From NCBI GenBank assembly GCA_024404235.1, contig JAKSQF010000001.1:1-45832 (forward strand): 45,832 nt of DNA. Reading direction: 5' to 3'. Under the pieces are notes generated by a model, which saw only the letters and a program-made list of their open reading frames with translations, was not told the DNA's origin and did no database searches. The stretch is from Clostridia bacterium. GTDB taxonomy: Bacteria; Bacillota; Clostridia; Oscillospirales; Acutalibacteraceae. The position numbers were made by a program, and so were the translations under genes. Of this stretch, positions 25,374 through 35,600 are shown in pieces. The stretch's first letter is position 1. Every line of letters begins with the position of its first letter.

Positions 25374-28250
25374 TTATTCAGTCGGCAAACCGAATTCGGC
25401 GCGCTTGCGGGTAATTTCGCTGTTCAGCATTTCAACCTGCTTTAAGATGGCCGCATCCGGCTTTTTGCCGTTGGCATAAACCGAAGCGAAAGCAAAGTCG
25501 ATGGCACGGGCCGTGTAGTAGCCGCCCGGAATTTCCGGTGTGCCCTGCAGGTGCTGTGACTGATCCTTCAAAGCCGCATATTCGGCATCGGTCCAGGACA
25601 TTCCTTCAATGGCGCCGAGGTTTGCGGTGGCGTGCTTTGCGGCAACGCCCAAAACCGATTCGACCTCGATTGCATAACGGCTTTGAGTTTCGGTCGAGGT
25701 GACCCACTTCATAAACTCCCAAGCCTTATCCTTTTGCTTGCAGGATTTCAACATCATAATGCCCGAGGAAGCGGCCGGTGCGGTGTAGTTGATCGAGCCG
25801 TCCGCCTGCTTTGTTCCGGGAACGGGAGCCATTGCCCAAAGTCCCTTAATTTCGGAAGCAAAGATGGTCAACTGATTATACATCGTGTATTCCGTAATGC
25901 CGATAGGCATTTCACCGCTTCTGAAACGGTTGGCAAAGTCGTAATCGACCGGCAGACGGTACAGGGTAAACAGTTCGGACATCCGTTCAAAGCAGCGGAT
26001 GTTCAAATCCTGCGACATCTGCGATTTTGTAAATTTATCGTTATACAGCGAGCCGCCGTTTTGATAAAGGAACAGCTCCAAGCCGTACAGATTCATATTG
26101 GAAACGACCGACGTTTTGGCATTGATTGGATAACCGAAGTCCAGATTCTGCTGTTGCAGCTTCCAAATGACCTCATAGAATTCATCCCACGTTTTCGGCG
26201 GTTGCAGGCCGAGTTCTTCAAAGATGTCCGTACGGTAGAACATCATTAAGAAGGTCATCGTTTCGGGCAGCGCATAGGTTGCCCCGTTAAACGAGAACGG
26301 CGTCAGCGCAGCGCTGTGGAAACGGGTAGTGGTTTCCTCGAAGCCGGGCATATCTTTCAGATCAACAGCCGCGCCGCGGATGGCAAAGTCGATCGGCATA
26401 TGGGAGGTGACGTTCATGGCGACGTCCGGTCCGGTGCCTGCCAGTACCGACGGCAGCAACGCGGTCGGTGTAACCAACTGAACGTTGACCTTGATACCCG
26501 TTTGCGGGGTGAAGTACTGTTCGGTCAGCTTCTGCATGATCTGGCATTGCTCACGTCCGTTTGACATCCAAACCGTGATCACGTTTCCTTTTTTGTAGTC
26601 ATCTTCCGTGATATCACCCGCAAAGGACTGATAATCCTGGAAGAAGCTGAGGAAGAAACGCTTGATCTTAAACCAAAGGTTTTTGAAGAAGGAATCACTC
26701 GATTCGGGTGCTTTTTCATCGGCCGGGCTGATATACAGCTGATCCAAATCCAACGGTTGAACCATAATCGACTGGATCCAAGTACCCAATGAAGAGAGGT
26801 TATCTTTATAGGTCGAGAACAGCTCCGAAATGGATTCGGGGTTTTCGCACATCTTATCCAACACAATGGTCAGCTTACCGATCGAATTGGTAAAATCACC
26901 CTTGGAGTTGGTCATTTCGTTTAACGCATCAATCGTTTTATTCAGTTCCTTACTTTGCTTTGCAAAGTCTTCCAAAACTTCCGGAATCAGCTCGTCATAA
27001 CCGTAGTCACGGTAGATATCCGGTGTCGGGCCCGTGATGATCAAAATACGGCGGTAGTCGGCGTTCAAAGCAGACAGTGCATCCTGTATGCGGGCGATCA
27101 CCGGTGCCATATCGCCGAGGACGACCTCTAACTTGAGGGTATGTTTGCCTTCCTCTAAGAAGAAGCGGAACGGTTCTTCGGCACCGAGGGCCGCATTTTT
27201 CCAAGTGTCGGTATAATCGAAGCGGATCCACTGTGCTTCCTCGAACGGGCAAACATCATCAATGTAAAGCTTTCGGGAGGTAAATCCGCCGTCGTAATAA
27301 TCCTGCTTGTAGCGGGTGGAGATTTTATAATATCCGGTCTTTTTGACGTCGATATCCCAAGAGAGCCATTGACCGGTTTGACCCCATTTGTCACCGCTGA
27401 TCACATTCAGCACCGTTTTAACCGGATGCTGCGGTGAAAGCGAAGCGGAGGATTTATCCCCCGTGGGGTAAACGGTGAAGGTCGATTTTTCGGTGACCTT
27501 TTCGGCCTCGACGGTGATGGTTTCACAATCGACCGAATCACCCGGATGGGCTGCAAGGTAATCTTTATAAGTCGGGACGGTGATTTCCGGATAGAAGCGC
27601 AGGCCGATGACCTCTAACTTTTCACGGTCGGCCCGCAGGGATACGGTATGCTCCCCTTTAGTCAGATGAACCGAAAGGTTGCCGGGTACGTAGTTTTCGG
27701 CATCGTGCAACGTATAGGTCATCACACGCGGGGCCTCCAACTGCTCCGGCGTGACTTCGTCACCTTTGGCGTTGGTTTGAACAGCGTCGTCTTTATAAAC
27801 GCGGGAGAAGTTGAGGTACTGTGCCTGATCGTACGGAACTTTGCCGTCAATCAGCAAGGTACGCTCGATCATACCGCCCTTGGAAACCGTCGGGAAATAT
27901 GAAACGTCCAACTGATAAAAGCCTTCGCTTTGGGCCGTGAATTTCCAGGTTGCCGTGCTGTCCCCTTCGGTCAGCAGGCCACCGTTTTCACCCTTGGAAA
28001 CCGTTCCGGTAGTTGAGGCAGTATCAAGACCGGCAATATTGATTTCACCTTCGGCAACGGCAGGCTTTTCGATTTCCGCCCGATATTTTGCATAAGCGGA
28101 CTCCAAAACCAGCGTGCCGGGTGCCGTTTTTTTCTGATCCTTCGATGCCCTTCCGGCCGAAACAACCGACTGCAAAATAAAGATCAGCACCAAACATATT
28201 GCCGTTATTATACAAATTAATTTTTTCTTTTGTTCAAAAAAACGTGCCAC
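25374..28250 (-). CDS. Very large extracellular solute-binding protein: signal anchor, two CBM6/35-like beta-sandwich regions, a helical region and a C-terminal family-1 sugar SBP domain
   Basis: The ORF track start, ATG 28313, sits inside the -10 box of the promoter, so I prefer GTG 28250..28248, with GGGGTGG 4 nt upstream. The protein begins VARFFEQKKKLICIITAICLVLIFILQSVVSA. The SBP fold starts about 26591 (GNVITVWMSNGREQCQIMQKLTEQYF...). The exact start remains uncertain. Confidence 0.85.
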   Translation of the reverse strand: MARFFEQKKKLICIITAICLVLIFILQSVVSAGRASKDQKKTAPGTLVLESAYAKYRAEIEKPAVAEGEINIAGLDTASTTGTVSKGENGGLLTEGDSTATWKFTAQSEGFYQLDVSYFPTVSKGGMIERTLLIDGKVPYDQAQYLNFSRVYKDDAVQTNAKGDEVTPEQLEAPRVMTYTLHDAENYVPGNLSVHLTKGEHTVSLRADREKLEVIGLRFYPEITVPTYKDYLAAHPGDSVDCETITVEAEKVTEKSTFTVYPTGDKSSASLSPQHPVKTVLNVISGDKWGQTGQWLSWDIDVKKTGYYKISTRYKQDYYDGGFTSRKLYIDDVCPFEEAQWIRFDYTDTWKNAALGAEEPFRFFLEEGKHTLKLEVVLGDMAPVIARIQDALSALNADYRRILIITGPTPDIYRDYGYDELIPEVLEDFAKQSKELNKTIDALNEMTNSKGDFTNSIGKLTIVLDKMCENPESISELFSTYKDNLSSLGTWIQSIMVQPLDLDQLYISPADEKAPESSDSFFKNLWFKIKRFFLSFFQDYQSFAGDITEDDYKKGNVITVWMSNGREQCQIMQKLTEQYFTPQTGIKVNVQLVTPTALLPSVLAGTGPDVAMNVTSHMPIDFAIRGAAVDLKDMPGFEETTTRFHSAALTPFSFNGATYALPETMTFLMMFYRTDIFEELGLQPPKTWDEFYEVIWKLQQQNLDFGYPINAKTSVVSNMNLYGLELFLYQNGGSLYNDKFTKSQMSQDLNIRCFERMSELFTLYRLPVDYDFANRFRSGEMPIGITEYTMYNQLTIFASEIKGLWAMAPVPGTKQADGSINYTAPAASSGIMMLKSCKQKDKAWEFMKWVTSTETQSRYAIEVESVLGVAAKHATANLGAIEGMSWTDAEYAALKDQSQHLQGTPEIPGGYYTARAIDFAFASVYANGKKPDAAILKQVEMLNSEITRKRAEFGLPTE

Positions 28251-28280
28251 AAAACCACCCCTGCGACAATTTGTTGTATT

Positions 28281-28290
28281 TTTTGTATTA
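28281..28290 (+). promoter_or_regulatory. Candidate operator box TTTTGTATTA in the 5' leader of operon A
   Basis: It matches 9 of 10 positions of the ATTTGTATTA box. It lies between the predicted TSS (~28305) and the start codon (28250) of the minus-strand operon. Confidence 0.5.
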
Positions 28291-28311
28291 AATGATAATT
28301 CTACCAATCGC

Positions 28312-28340
28312 ATTATATCATATATTTTTCAACAAAGCAA
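28312..28340 (-). promoter_or_regulatory. Sigma-A-type promoter of operon A: TTGCTT - 17 nt - TGaTATAAT (extended -10)
   Basis: The minus strand reads TTGCTT (28340..28335), a 17-nt spacer ending in TGA, then TATAAT (28317..28312). Confidence 0.65.
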
Positions 28341-28385
28341 TAATTTTTTTGCATTTATTCGTCATTTTTTTTACACAATAAATAT

Positions 28386-28418
28386 ATTTGTATTAAATTC
28401 CAAAAGATTTGTATTACA
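28386..28418 (+). promoter_or_regulatory. Two candidate operator boxes ATTTGTATTA (28386-28395 and 28407-28416), 21 nt apart
   Basis: These are exact 10-mer repeats located between the two divergent promoters. The second extends to ATTTGTATTACATTT, an imperfect 7-1-7 inverted repeat. Confidence 0.6.
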
Positions 28419-28427
28419 TTTTACATC

Positions 28428-28456
28428 TTGACAAATTTGTCGAAAAGTTGTATCAT
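28428..28456 (+). promoter_or_regulatory. Sigma-A-type promoter of the regulator gene: TTGACA - 17 nt - TATCAT
   Basis: TTGACA is at 28428-28433 and TATCAT at 28451-28456. The spacer contains a partial box, AATTTGTCG, which would allow autoregulation. Confidence 0.6.
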
Positions 28457-28512
28457 ATTTTTTGAAATTGATATTATGAAAAGGAGGGTTTTCGGCATTT
28501 TGCCGCACAATT

Positions 28513-29583
28513 ATGTCGTATACCGGTAAAAAATCCGCTATTGCAACCGAATATATTGAAAATTATATTAAAACCCACGCATTAAAGCCGGGCAGCCGCT
28601 TACCGACCGAGTCGGAATTATCCAAACAGATCGGTACCAGCCGTGTAACGCTTCGACGTGCATTGGCCAATCTGCAGGAGCGGGGATTGATTTACAGCAT
28701 TCAAGGCTCGGGTTACTTTGTTTCCAGCCCGACGCTGGATTTGAAGGACGCTACCATTCCGCTTGTAATTTCTTACAATCACGAGGATTCCAAAATTCTG
28801 AATATCGTACGCGGCGCGCAGGACTATTTGGGTCAAAAGAAATGCCAGCTGGACGTACATATTTCCAAGAGAGATCCGCAGGTTGAAAAGGAACTGCTGC
28901 AAAATCTGTATGATTCCGGACACCGTTGCTGCATCATCTTCCCCGTTTCCAGTGAGGATAACGTTTCATTCTACTTCAGCCTGATCCAAAAAGGGATGCA
29001 TTTGGTTTTTCTGGACCGTCAGCCGCAGAACATCAGCTGTTGCAGTTTGGTAAAGTCGGACAATATGACGGGCGGTTACCTCGCAACCAAGCATTTGATC
29101 GAGCAGGGGCATCAGCAAATCGCCGTATACGGGTTAGAGCCGTTGACCCACACCTCTGCCAGCTACGAACGGTATTTAGGTTATATGCAGGCTATGGCTG
29201 AAAGCAATTTGCCCGTTCCCGAAAAAAGTTATTACTTTTCGCCCTACCGCAAGCTGAGTAGCGACGCACGCAGTTTGCTTTCAAAAGAAAGCGGCATTAC
29301 CGCCGTGTTTGCCATCAACGACCATGCCGCCGTTGATATTGCGACCCACGCATACAATTTGGGGTTGAAAATTCCGAACGACTTTGCCGTAGTAGGCTTT
29401 GATAATTTGGACATCACCACCATTTTTACCCCGCAGCTTTCCACCGTGGAACAGCCCTTTACACAGATCGGACGCGCGGCGGCACAAATCGCCTTCCGTT
29501 ATTTTTCGGAACAGAATTTCGGGATTACCCAACAAATTCTTCCAATTAAGCTGATCGTACGCGAATCCAGCGTAAGCCGTTAA
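28513..29583 (+). CDS. AraR-type transcriptional regulator (N-terminal GntR winged-helix DNA-binding domain plus LacI/GalR-like periplasmic-binding-fold sugar sensor)
   Basis: 356 aa. The N terminus ..LPTESELSKQIGTSRVTLRRALANLQERGLIYSIQGSGYFV is a GntR-type HTH. The C-terminal part ..AVFAINDHAAVDIATHAYNLGLKIPNDFAVVGFDNLD.. is a LacI-family effector fold. The nearest GGAGG is 25 nt upstream, so the RBS is weak. Confidence 0.9.
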   Translation: MSYTGKKSAIATEYIENYIKTHALKPGSRLPTESELSKQIGTSRVTLRRALANLQERGLIYSIQGSGYFVSSPTLDLKDATIPLVISYNHEDSKILNIVRGAQDYLGQKKCQLDVHISKRDPQVEKELLQNLYDSGHRCCIIFPVSSEDNVSFYFSLIQKGMHLVFLDRQPQNISCCSLVKSDNMTGGYLATKHLIEQGHQQIAVYGLEPLTHTSASYERYLGYMQAMAESNLPVPEKSYYFSPYRKLSSDARSLLSKESGITAVFAINDHAAVDIATHAYNLGLKIPNDFAVVGFDNLDITTIFTPQLSTVEQPFTQIGRAAAQIAFRYFSEQNFGITQQILPIKLIVRESSVSR

Positions 29584-29603
29584 TTCAAAGCATATTAAGA
29601 CAA

Positions 29604-29640
29604 CAATCCCCGAACCGAAATCGGTTCGGGGATTGTTTTA
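29604..29640. terminator. Bidirectional intrinsic terminator between convergent genes
   Basis: caatccccgaaccga-aa-tcggttcggggattg forms a 15-bp perfect stem (29604-29635). TTTTA follows on the + strand. It lies between the stop of the regulator (29583) and the stop of the giant gene (29648). Confidence 0.85.
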
Positions 29641-29647
29641 CTTTGCA

Positions 29648-32600
29648 TTATTTTGTCGCTTCATCCTTTTTCTTTTTCTTGCGGAAGAAGAACGGAATGA
29701 TGAAGAATACCACGGCACCGGCGCCTAAGCCGATGATGATCGTGCGGAGCTGCTCGATCTTATCGGCAAGCTTCTGCGGATAGGGTGTTAATTCCGCACC
29801 CTTCAAGCCGCCGTTGACCTTATTGCCAACGTTTTTGCCGGCCGCTTCACTACGCATGAAGACGATCGGCTCGACCGGGTTATTGTTAGCGGTGGAACCG
29901 CCTTCGGCCGTTAAGCGCAGGTTGTCGATGTAAACCATACAATCCGGCGTTCCCTCATCGCATCCGAGGAAATAGATACGGAAGAAGTTAAAGGCTTTCT
30001 TGTTTAGACCGCCGTTGACCGAGCTTTGCGGTTTATCCAAATCGAATTCAAAATGGTACCACTTATTGCCCTTGTTACCCTCGGTCAAATCCTGAGCGAG
30101 TTCCGGACAAGCCAGCAGGATCAGCGAACGGGTATAACGGTCGGATTCCTTATCGCAGGTACCGGAGGAGGTCAATTCAACCATAAATCCGGTAGAGGTC
30201 TGCAAGCAGGTAATATCCGAAAGGAACATATCAAACTGCAGGGTGTGATACTTGGAAATATCCAGCGGTTCCGACGGAATGAAGGCAAGCTGCTTCAATA
30301 CACCGCCGGGTGCCAGTACCGATACAGAGCCCGTGCCTTCAACCTTGTTTTTGGTATCCACACGGATTTCCTGACGACAGCTCCAACCGAAGGAACTGTC
30401 GCAATCGCTGAGGATCATATAGCGATCATTTTTGATAATGCCGGGGGCCTTTTCACCCTTAACAAAACGCATATTATCAAAGGCGATCGTATAATCCTTT
30501 GTACCCTTTTCAACATCGACCGTATAGAAGCGGAAGTAATTGAACGCCGACTTATTCAAGCCGCCGCGTACTTCTGCGTGCGGACGGTCAAGATCCAGCT
30601 TGAAATGGTACCAGCCGCCGCCCTTGCCGGCATCAATATCAGCCGCAAATTTGGGGCAGGCTTCAAGCATGGAGGATTTTGTAAAGCGGCTGGATTCATA
30701 GTCGCACTTACCGGCAGAGGTCAGTTCGAACATCGTGCCGCCGGCCTTATTAAACCAATCAAGATTGGAGAAATAAACGTCAAATTCAAGATAACGGTAA
30801 TCCGAAACGTTTATCGAAGCGGACGGAACGTAGGAAATCTGCTTAAGCAAGCCGCCCGGAACCGTAACAGAAACAGAAGAATTGCCCTGTGTCTTCAGTT
30901 TGCGGTTCAGTTGCGGATCGCCGACCGAGGATTTCCAGTAAGCCGAAGCATCGCCGTCGGTCATATACATCGAATTGGAATCGATCTTCTTACCGTAGGA
31001 CGGATCGGCCGAAAGCGGACCGTCGCCCGAGTTACCCTTTGTAAAGGTCAGATTATCGAAATTAAGGACGTAATCTTTTGTGCCCGACTGAACGTCGACC
31101 GTGTAGAAGCGGAAGTAGTTGAACTTGGATTTATTCAAGCCGCCGCGTACCGAGGTGTGCGGATTATCCAAATCTAGCTTGAAGTGATACCAGCCGCCGC
31201 CTTTACCGGCATAAACGTCCGAAGCGAACTGCGCACTAGCTTCCAAAATAGAAGATTTGGTATAACGGGCAGACTGATCGTCGCACTTGCCGGCAGAGGT
31301 CAGTTCGAACATCATACTGCCGGTTTTGTCAAACCAATCCAAATTGGAGAAATAGACGTCAAATTCCATATAACGGTAGGCCGAAATATCCAGCGGGACG
31401 CCCGGAACATAGGAAATTTGTTTCAACAAGCCGCCCGGAACCGTTACCGTTACCGAGGAGTTGCCTTCAGTCTTGTTTGCGGTGTCCAACTGCGGGTTAC
31501 CGACAGAAGAATTCCAGTAAGCCAGCGTATCACCGTTGGTCATATACATCGAAGAACCGTTGATCTTCTGACCGAAGGACGGATCGGCCGATTGCGGTTT
31601 GTCGCTGCCGCCTGCATCCTTGGTGAACTTCATATTATCAAACTTGATATCGCAATCAGCAGTACCGGCAGGCGAACCGATGGCGAAGAAACGGAAGTAA
31701 TTGAAACGTTTCATATCCAAGCCGCCGCGCACCTGAGTTTGTGCAGAGCCGAGTCTCAGTTTCAAATGATACCAACCCGGTTCTGCCGTACCCGAAACCG
31801 CATTGGTGTAGAATTCGGTTTCGTTATCACGCAGATAGCCCTTCATATAGCGGTCGGATTCATTATCCGCAGCGCCCGAAGAGGTCAATTCGAACATCAT
31901 ACTGGTACAGCTGTTGAACCATTCCATGTTCGAGAAGTAAACGTCGAATTCCAAATAATCGTACTGGGAAATATCCAATGCCGTGCCGGGCAGTACAACA
32001 AACTGACGCAAGTTACCGTTAACGGCGGTCACCGCAGCAGAGCCCTTGCCCTGCGTGAGGTTTTCTTTATCGGTGGTGACCGTTGCACCCGAAACGGTGA
32101 TGCCGGTCAGGGTGTCGCAATCCGACAGCCACATATTGCCCTTGCTGTCGATACTACCGGCCGAGGTATCTGCCGCGGCGTCGGTGATTTCATCGGTAGC
32201 CGAGCCGGGAGTCGGCAAAACGTCGGTACGAAGCGTAATATCGTCAAACAGAACCGTTGCATCGGTGCCGGTGACGGCAAAACGCAATTCGGTCATATTC
32301 TTCAAAACGCCGGTGCTGTCCGAAAGGACTTTATCCTCACTGTTGGTCAAGCGGGCAAAGTTGAAGGTGTAGGCCGTGTACTGATCCTTACCGACGGTAT
32401 AGGACGTTGCACGCTTAGTGCCGGTAACGATGGTGGCGTTATAGATTTCATCGGCCGAAACGATCTGAACAGACAACTGTGCAGTGGTTTTCGCCTTAGC
32501 ATAAACCGTAATGCCGCTGTAATTCTGATACTGCTTAACCGTGCCGCCGTAATTTAACACGGGGGTCATATAGCCGTTTGCACCGCTGTAGGTCATCTTG

Positions 32601-35600
32601 ACCGCAGTGCCGCCTTCGTATGCATCGCTTGTATCCAGCGAAAGTGCCGCTGTTGCCGAGGTGCTGAAGGCCGGCTGATAACCGGCGTCGGTCGAAGTCA
32701 GCGCATTCCAAGTAGACAAATCGTTACAATCGGCCCAATCCATCGACAGATAGTAAACCGACTTGACTTCGTCACTGCGATAAGGTACCGCCGGAATGCC
32801 ATTGGAGTTGCAAAGATTGGCCTGTAACGGGAATGAAGACCATGCATAGGTCACGGCGACCGGTTTGGTGATGTTGGGGTTATAGACCTCCACCGTATCC
32901 TTCGATACGATTTTGGCAGTTGCCTTTGTAAACACGCGGGAGGAATCGGCGACGGCGAAGCCGTAAACCGTACTGCCGCTGACCGTGTTAAGGCCGGTAC
33001 CCACGTTCCTGACTTTTACCGTGATCTTATTACCGCTGACCGTGTAAGAAGTAGCCACGGGGGCGGTTGCGGCGTCTGCTGTGCCCTTGCCGTAAACACC
33101 GGAAAGGGCGGCATCGGCGAAACGGAGGCCGACCGCATACTTGCTGTTCGGGTGGATCGGATCGGGGTTATTGAGCGGCGGATCATAGAAATTTAGCGAA
33201 AGATCATAGATCGGCAACTGTAAAACCTTGGCCTTTGCATTCTTGGTGACGTTGGAAAGCATTACCGAGAAGTCGGCCAAAATCGTCATATAATCCGAAC
33301 GAACGCTGCTGTAATTGTAGGGAGCCAAGTGTGCGCAGAGAACCGGCATATTACCCGAGAAGCCGAAATCGGCACTATACGAGTTGATCAAGGCCGTCAA
33401 GGCATGCTCGTAGAAGGTGTTATAGCCGTTATCGTCGGCATACTTGATATTGCTTTCGCCTTGATACCACAGCAAACCGCTGATGCCAATACCGGCCAAC
33501 GGAGCGACCTTGGTATTATAAAGGGTCGTAAGATAGGTCCAGTTAGAAGAAGTTTTGCCTAAGGATGCAACGTCCTTATAAAGGCCGCGCTTTTCAAGGG
33601 TGGATTTAATAACGCTGTCGTTTTCAATCGCTTCACGGGGCAACCACGATTCGATGACCGAAGCACCCTTTGCCGCATTGATAAAGCCGACCGGAACATC
33701 CAATTTTTCCTGCAGCTGCAGGGACATATAGTAACCGATAGCCGAGGTATAGATGACGTTCATGGCGTTGGAGCCGTCTACCCACTTGGCTTCCGGAACA
33801 TCGGAAGTCGGGGTTGCCGACAGCGCCGAGGTTACACCGCCCGGTACCAACGGTTCATCGAACACGCGTACGTACTGATTCAGCGGAACGAGAGAATAAT
33901 CATAGTTCTTGATGGTTTGGGAAACAAAGTATTCCATATTGGATTGGCCGGCCGCCAGCCAGACCTCACCGAACAGGATATCCTCGATTTTCTGTTTGGA
34001 AGCGCCGTCTACCAGCAATTCCAAAGAGTAGGCTTCATAGCCGCCCTGCTGTGCCGGCAGTTTGACAGTAAACGCACCGTTTTTGTCGGCTGTGGTAGTA
34101 GCCGTTGCAACTTCGGTATTGCCCTTGGAAAGCACAGCCGTTACCACGGCGCCGTCCTTTTGGGCATTACCCGAAATGTTGATCGGCTTATTGCGGGCAA
34201 TGATCATACCGTCGGCATAGTAGGAGCTGACGATACGTTCTTCACGCTTATTGGTCAGCGCAATGTCCGTAATTTTAACCTCATAAGTATCCGTGCTGCC
34301 GGCAATCGGGCGATTGTAAAAACGCAGATAATTGATCTTGGAAAGGTCAAAATCCTGCTTGGCGTTATTGCCGTTTGCCAAACACAAACGAAGTTCATTC
34401 CAGCCGGACTTTAAGCCGAGCTTCGGTACAGACCAGTTCAGTTCCTGAACATCACTTTGTCCGGAGGAGGTCAGTTCCAGCTGACCGTCGCCGGAGAAAT
34501 TCAGCACGTTGTTGGTGCCGTCGGTATTCTTGACATAGACACGCATGGTCAGATACAGATCGGATTTCTGATACTTTGAAAGATTGTACTCAAAGTTTTT
34601 CGCAACGAACTGGAAGCTGCCGTTATTGGTAGCCGAATAGGTGTCGTTGATTTTCCAAACGCCCTCTTCATCGGGTTCTTCTTCCGAAGGACCGTCGGCC
34701 GACTCATCATAACGGGCAATCACGTTATCGAAACGGAAGTTGCCGTTCGGCACGCTTTGGACGAGCGCAGAATTGATATTGGTGCTGATGGAGAAGGATT
34801 GGAAATGTGCCAAATCCAGCGTACCGCCGGTTTTCTGATTCAGCGGAACGGCTACGTGATACCAGCCGTTGCCAAGCGGCGTAACATCCCATTTTTCCAA
34901 AGCATAGGTAGCCGTACCGGCGGCACCCGCAACCTCGAACCGAATGTTGTCGCCGTAGGCCGCAACGATATCATCCCAATAGGCATAGGTCGAATCGCCG
35001 ACCTTAATGCTCATCATATCAAATTCAATCACATTATAAGCGGAAAGATCGGCCGAAACGCTGTAGGTCAGCTTACGCAGAGCGCCGAAACCGACATAAA
35101 CCTGTACCGCACCGGCAGTTAAACCGTTGGGGCTGACGGTAACGTTATCAATGTTGCCGCTGTAGCTCCAACCGGCAAGCGATTCACATTCCGTGATAAC
35201 GGCGTCATTGGTCGGCTCGGGGCCGGGGCCGGGATCGGGTTCGGTCGAACCGCCGGCTGTACCGACAGCGTAAAGGTTATCAATACGGATGTGACCGTTA
35301 CGAACGGACGAGCTGACGCCACCGTCCTTGGTAGTAAAGGTGAAGTAGGACATTTTGCTCGGATCAAATTTACCCGAGGTGCCCGTATAATTATTCAGCG
35401 TGACCGAGAAATGATACCAAAGGTTATTGGTTTCATTTTGGGTGACCGTCATTTTAGAAAGGCGGTACAGGTTATAGTCAGAAGCGGAGGAACCGATTTT
35501 GACGTAAACCTCATCCCCATAGGTAGCTTTGATATCGTCCCACATACCGGGTTGACCGCCGGAATGCATCATAACATCCCATTCTACCCTTTCGCAGGAG

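Noticed and set aside
28314-28512. A possible small ORF or riboswitch in the 200-bp AT-rich intergenic region (also 42469..42668).
   Set aside because: I could identify no conserved riboswitch-like structure and no RBS-preceded small ORF. The regions are fully accounted for by two divergent promoters plus the repeated operator boxes.
29648-29760. The C-terminal hydrophobic segment plus basic tail of the giant protein (and of 35863..36702) as a sortase, exosortase or rhombosortase sorting signal.
   Set aside because: No LPXTG, PEP, GlyGly or similar motif precedes the helix in either protein, and no sortase-like gene is in the window. I treat it as a plain C-terminal membrane anchor.
29912-32140. 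A regularly spaced ~580-bp repeat structure that could superficially suggest a repeat array or CRISPR-like element.
   Set aside because: The units are about 190 codons long, diverged (roughly 80% identity or less), contiguous without spacers, and in frame inside one long ORF. They are protein module repeats, not a CRISPR array or a non-coding tandem repeat.
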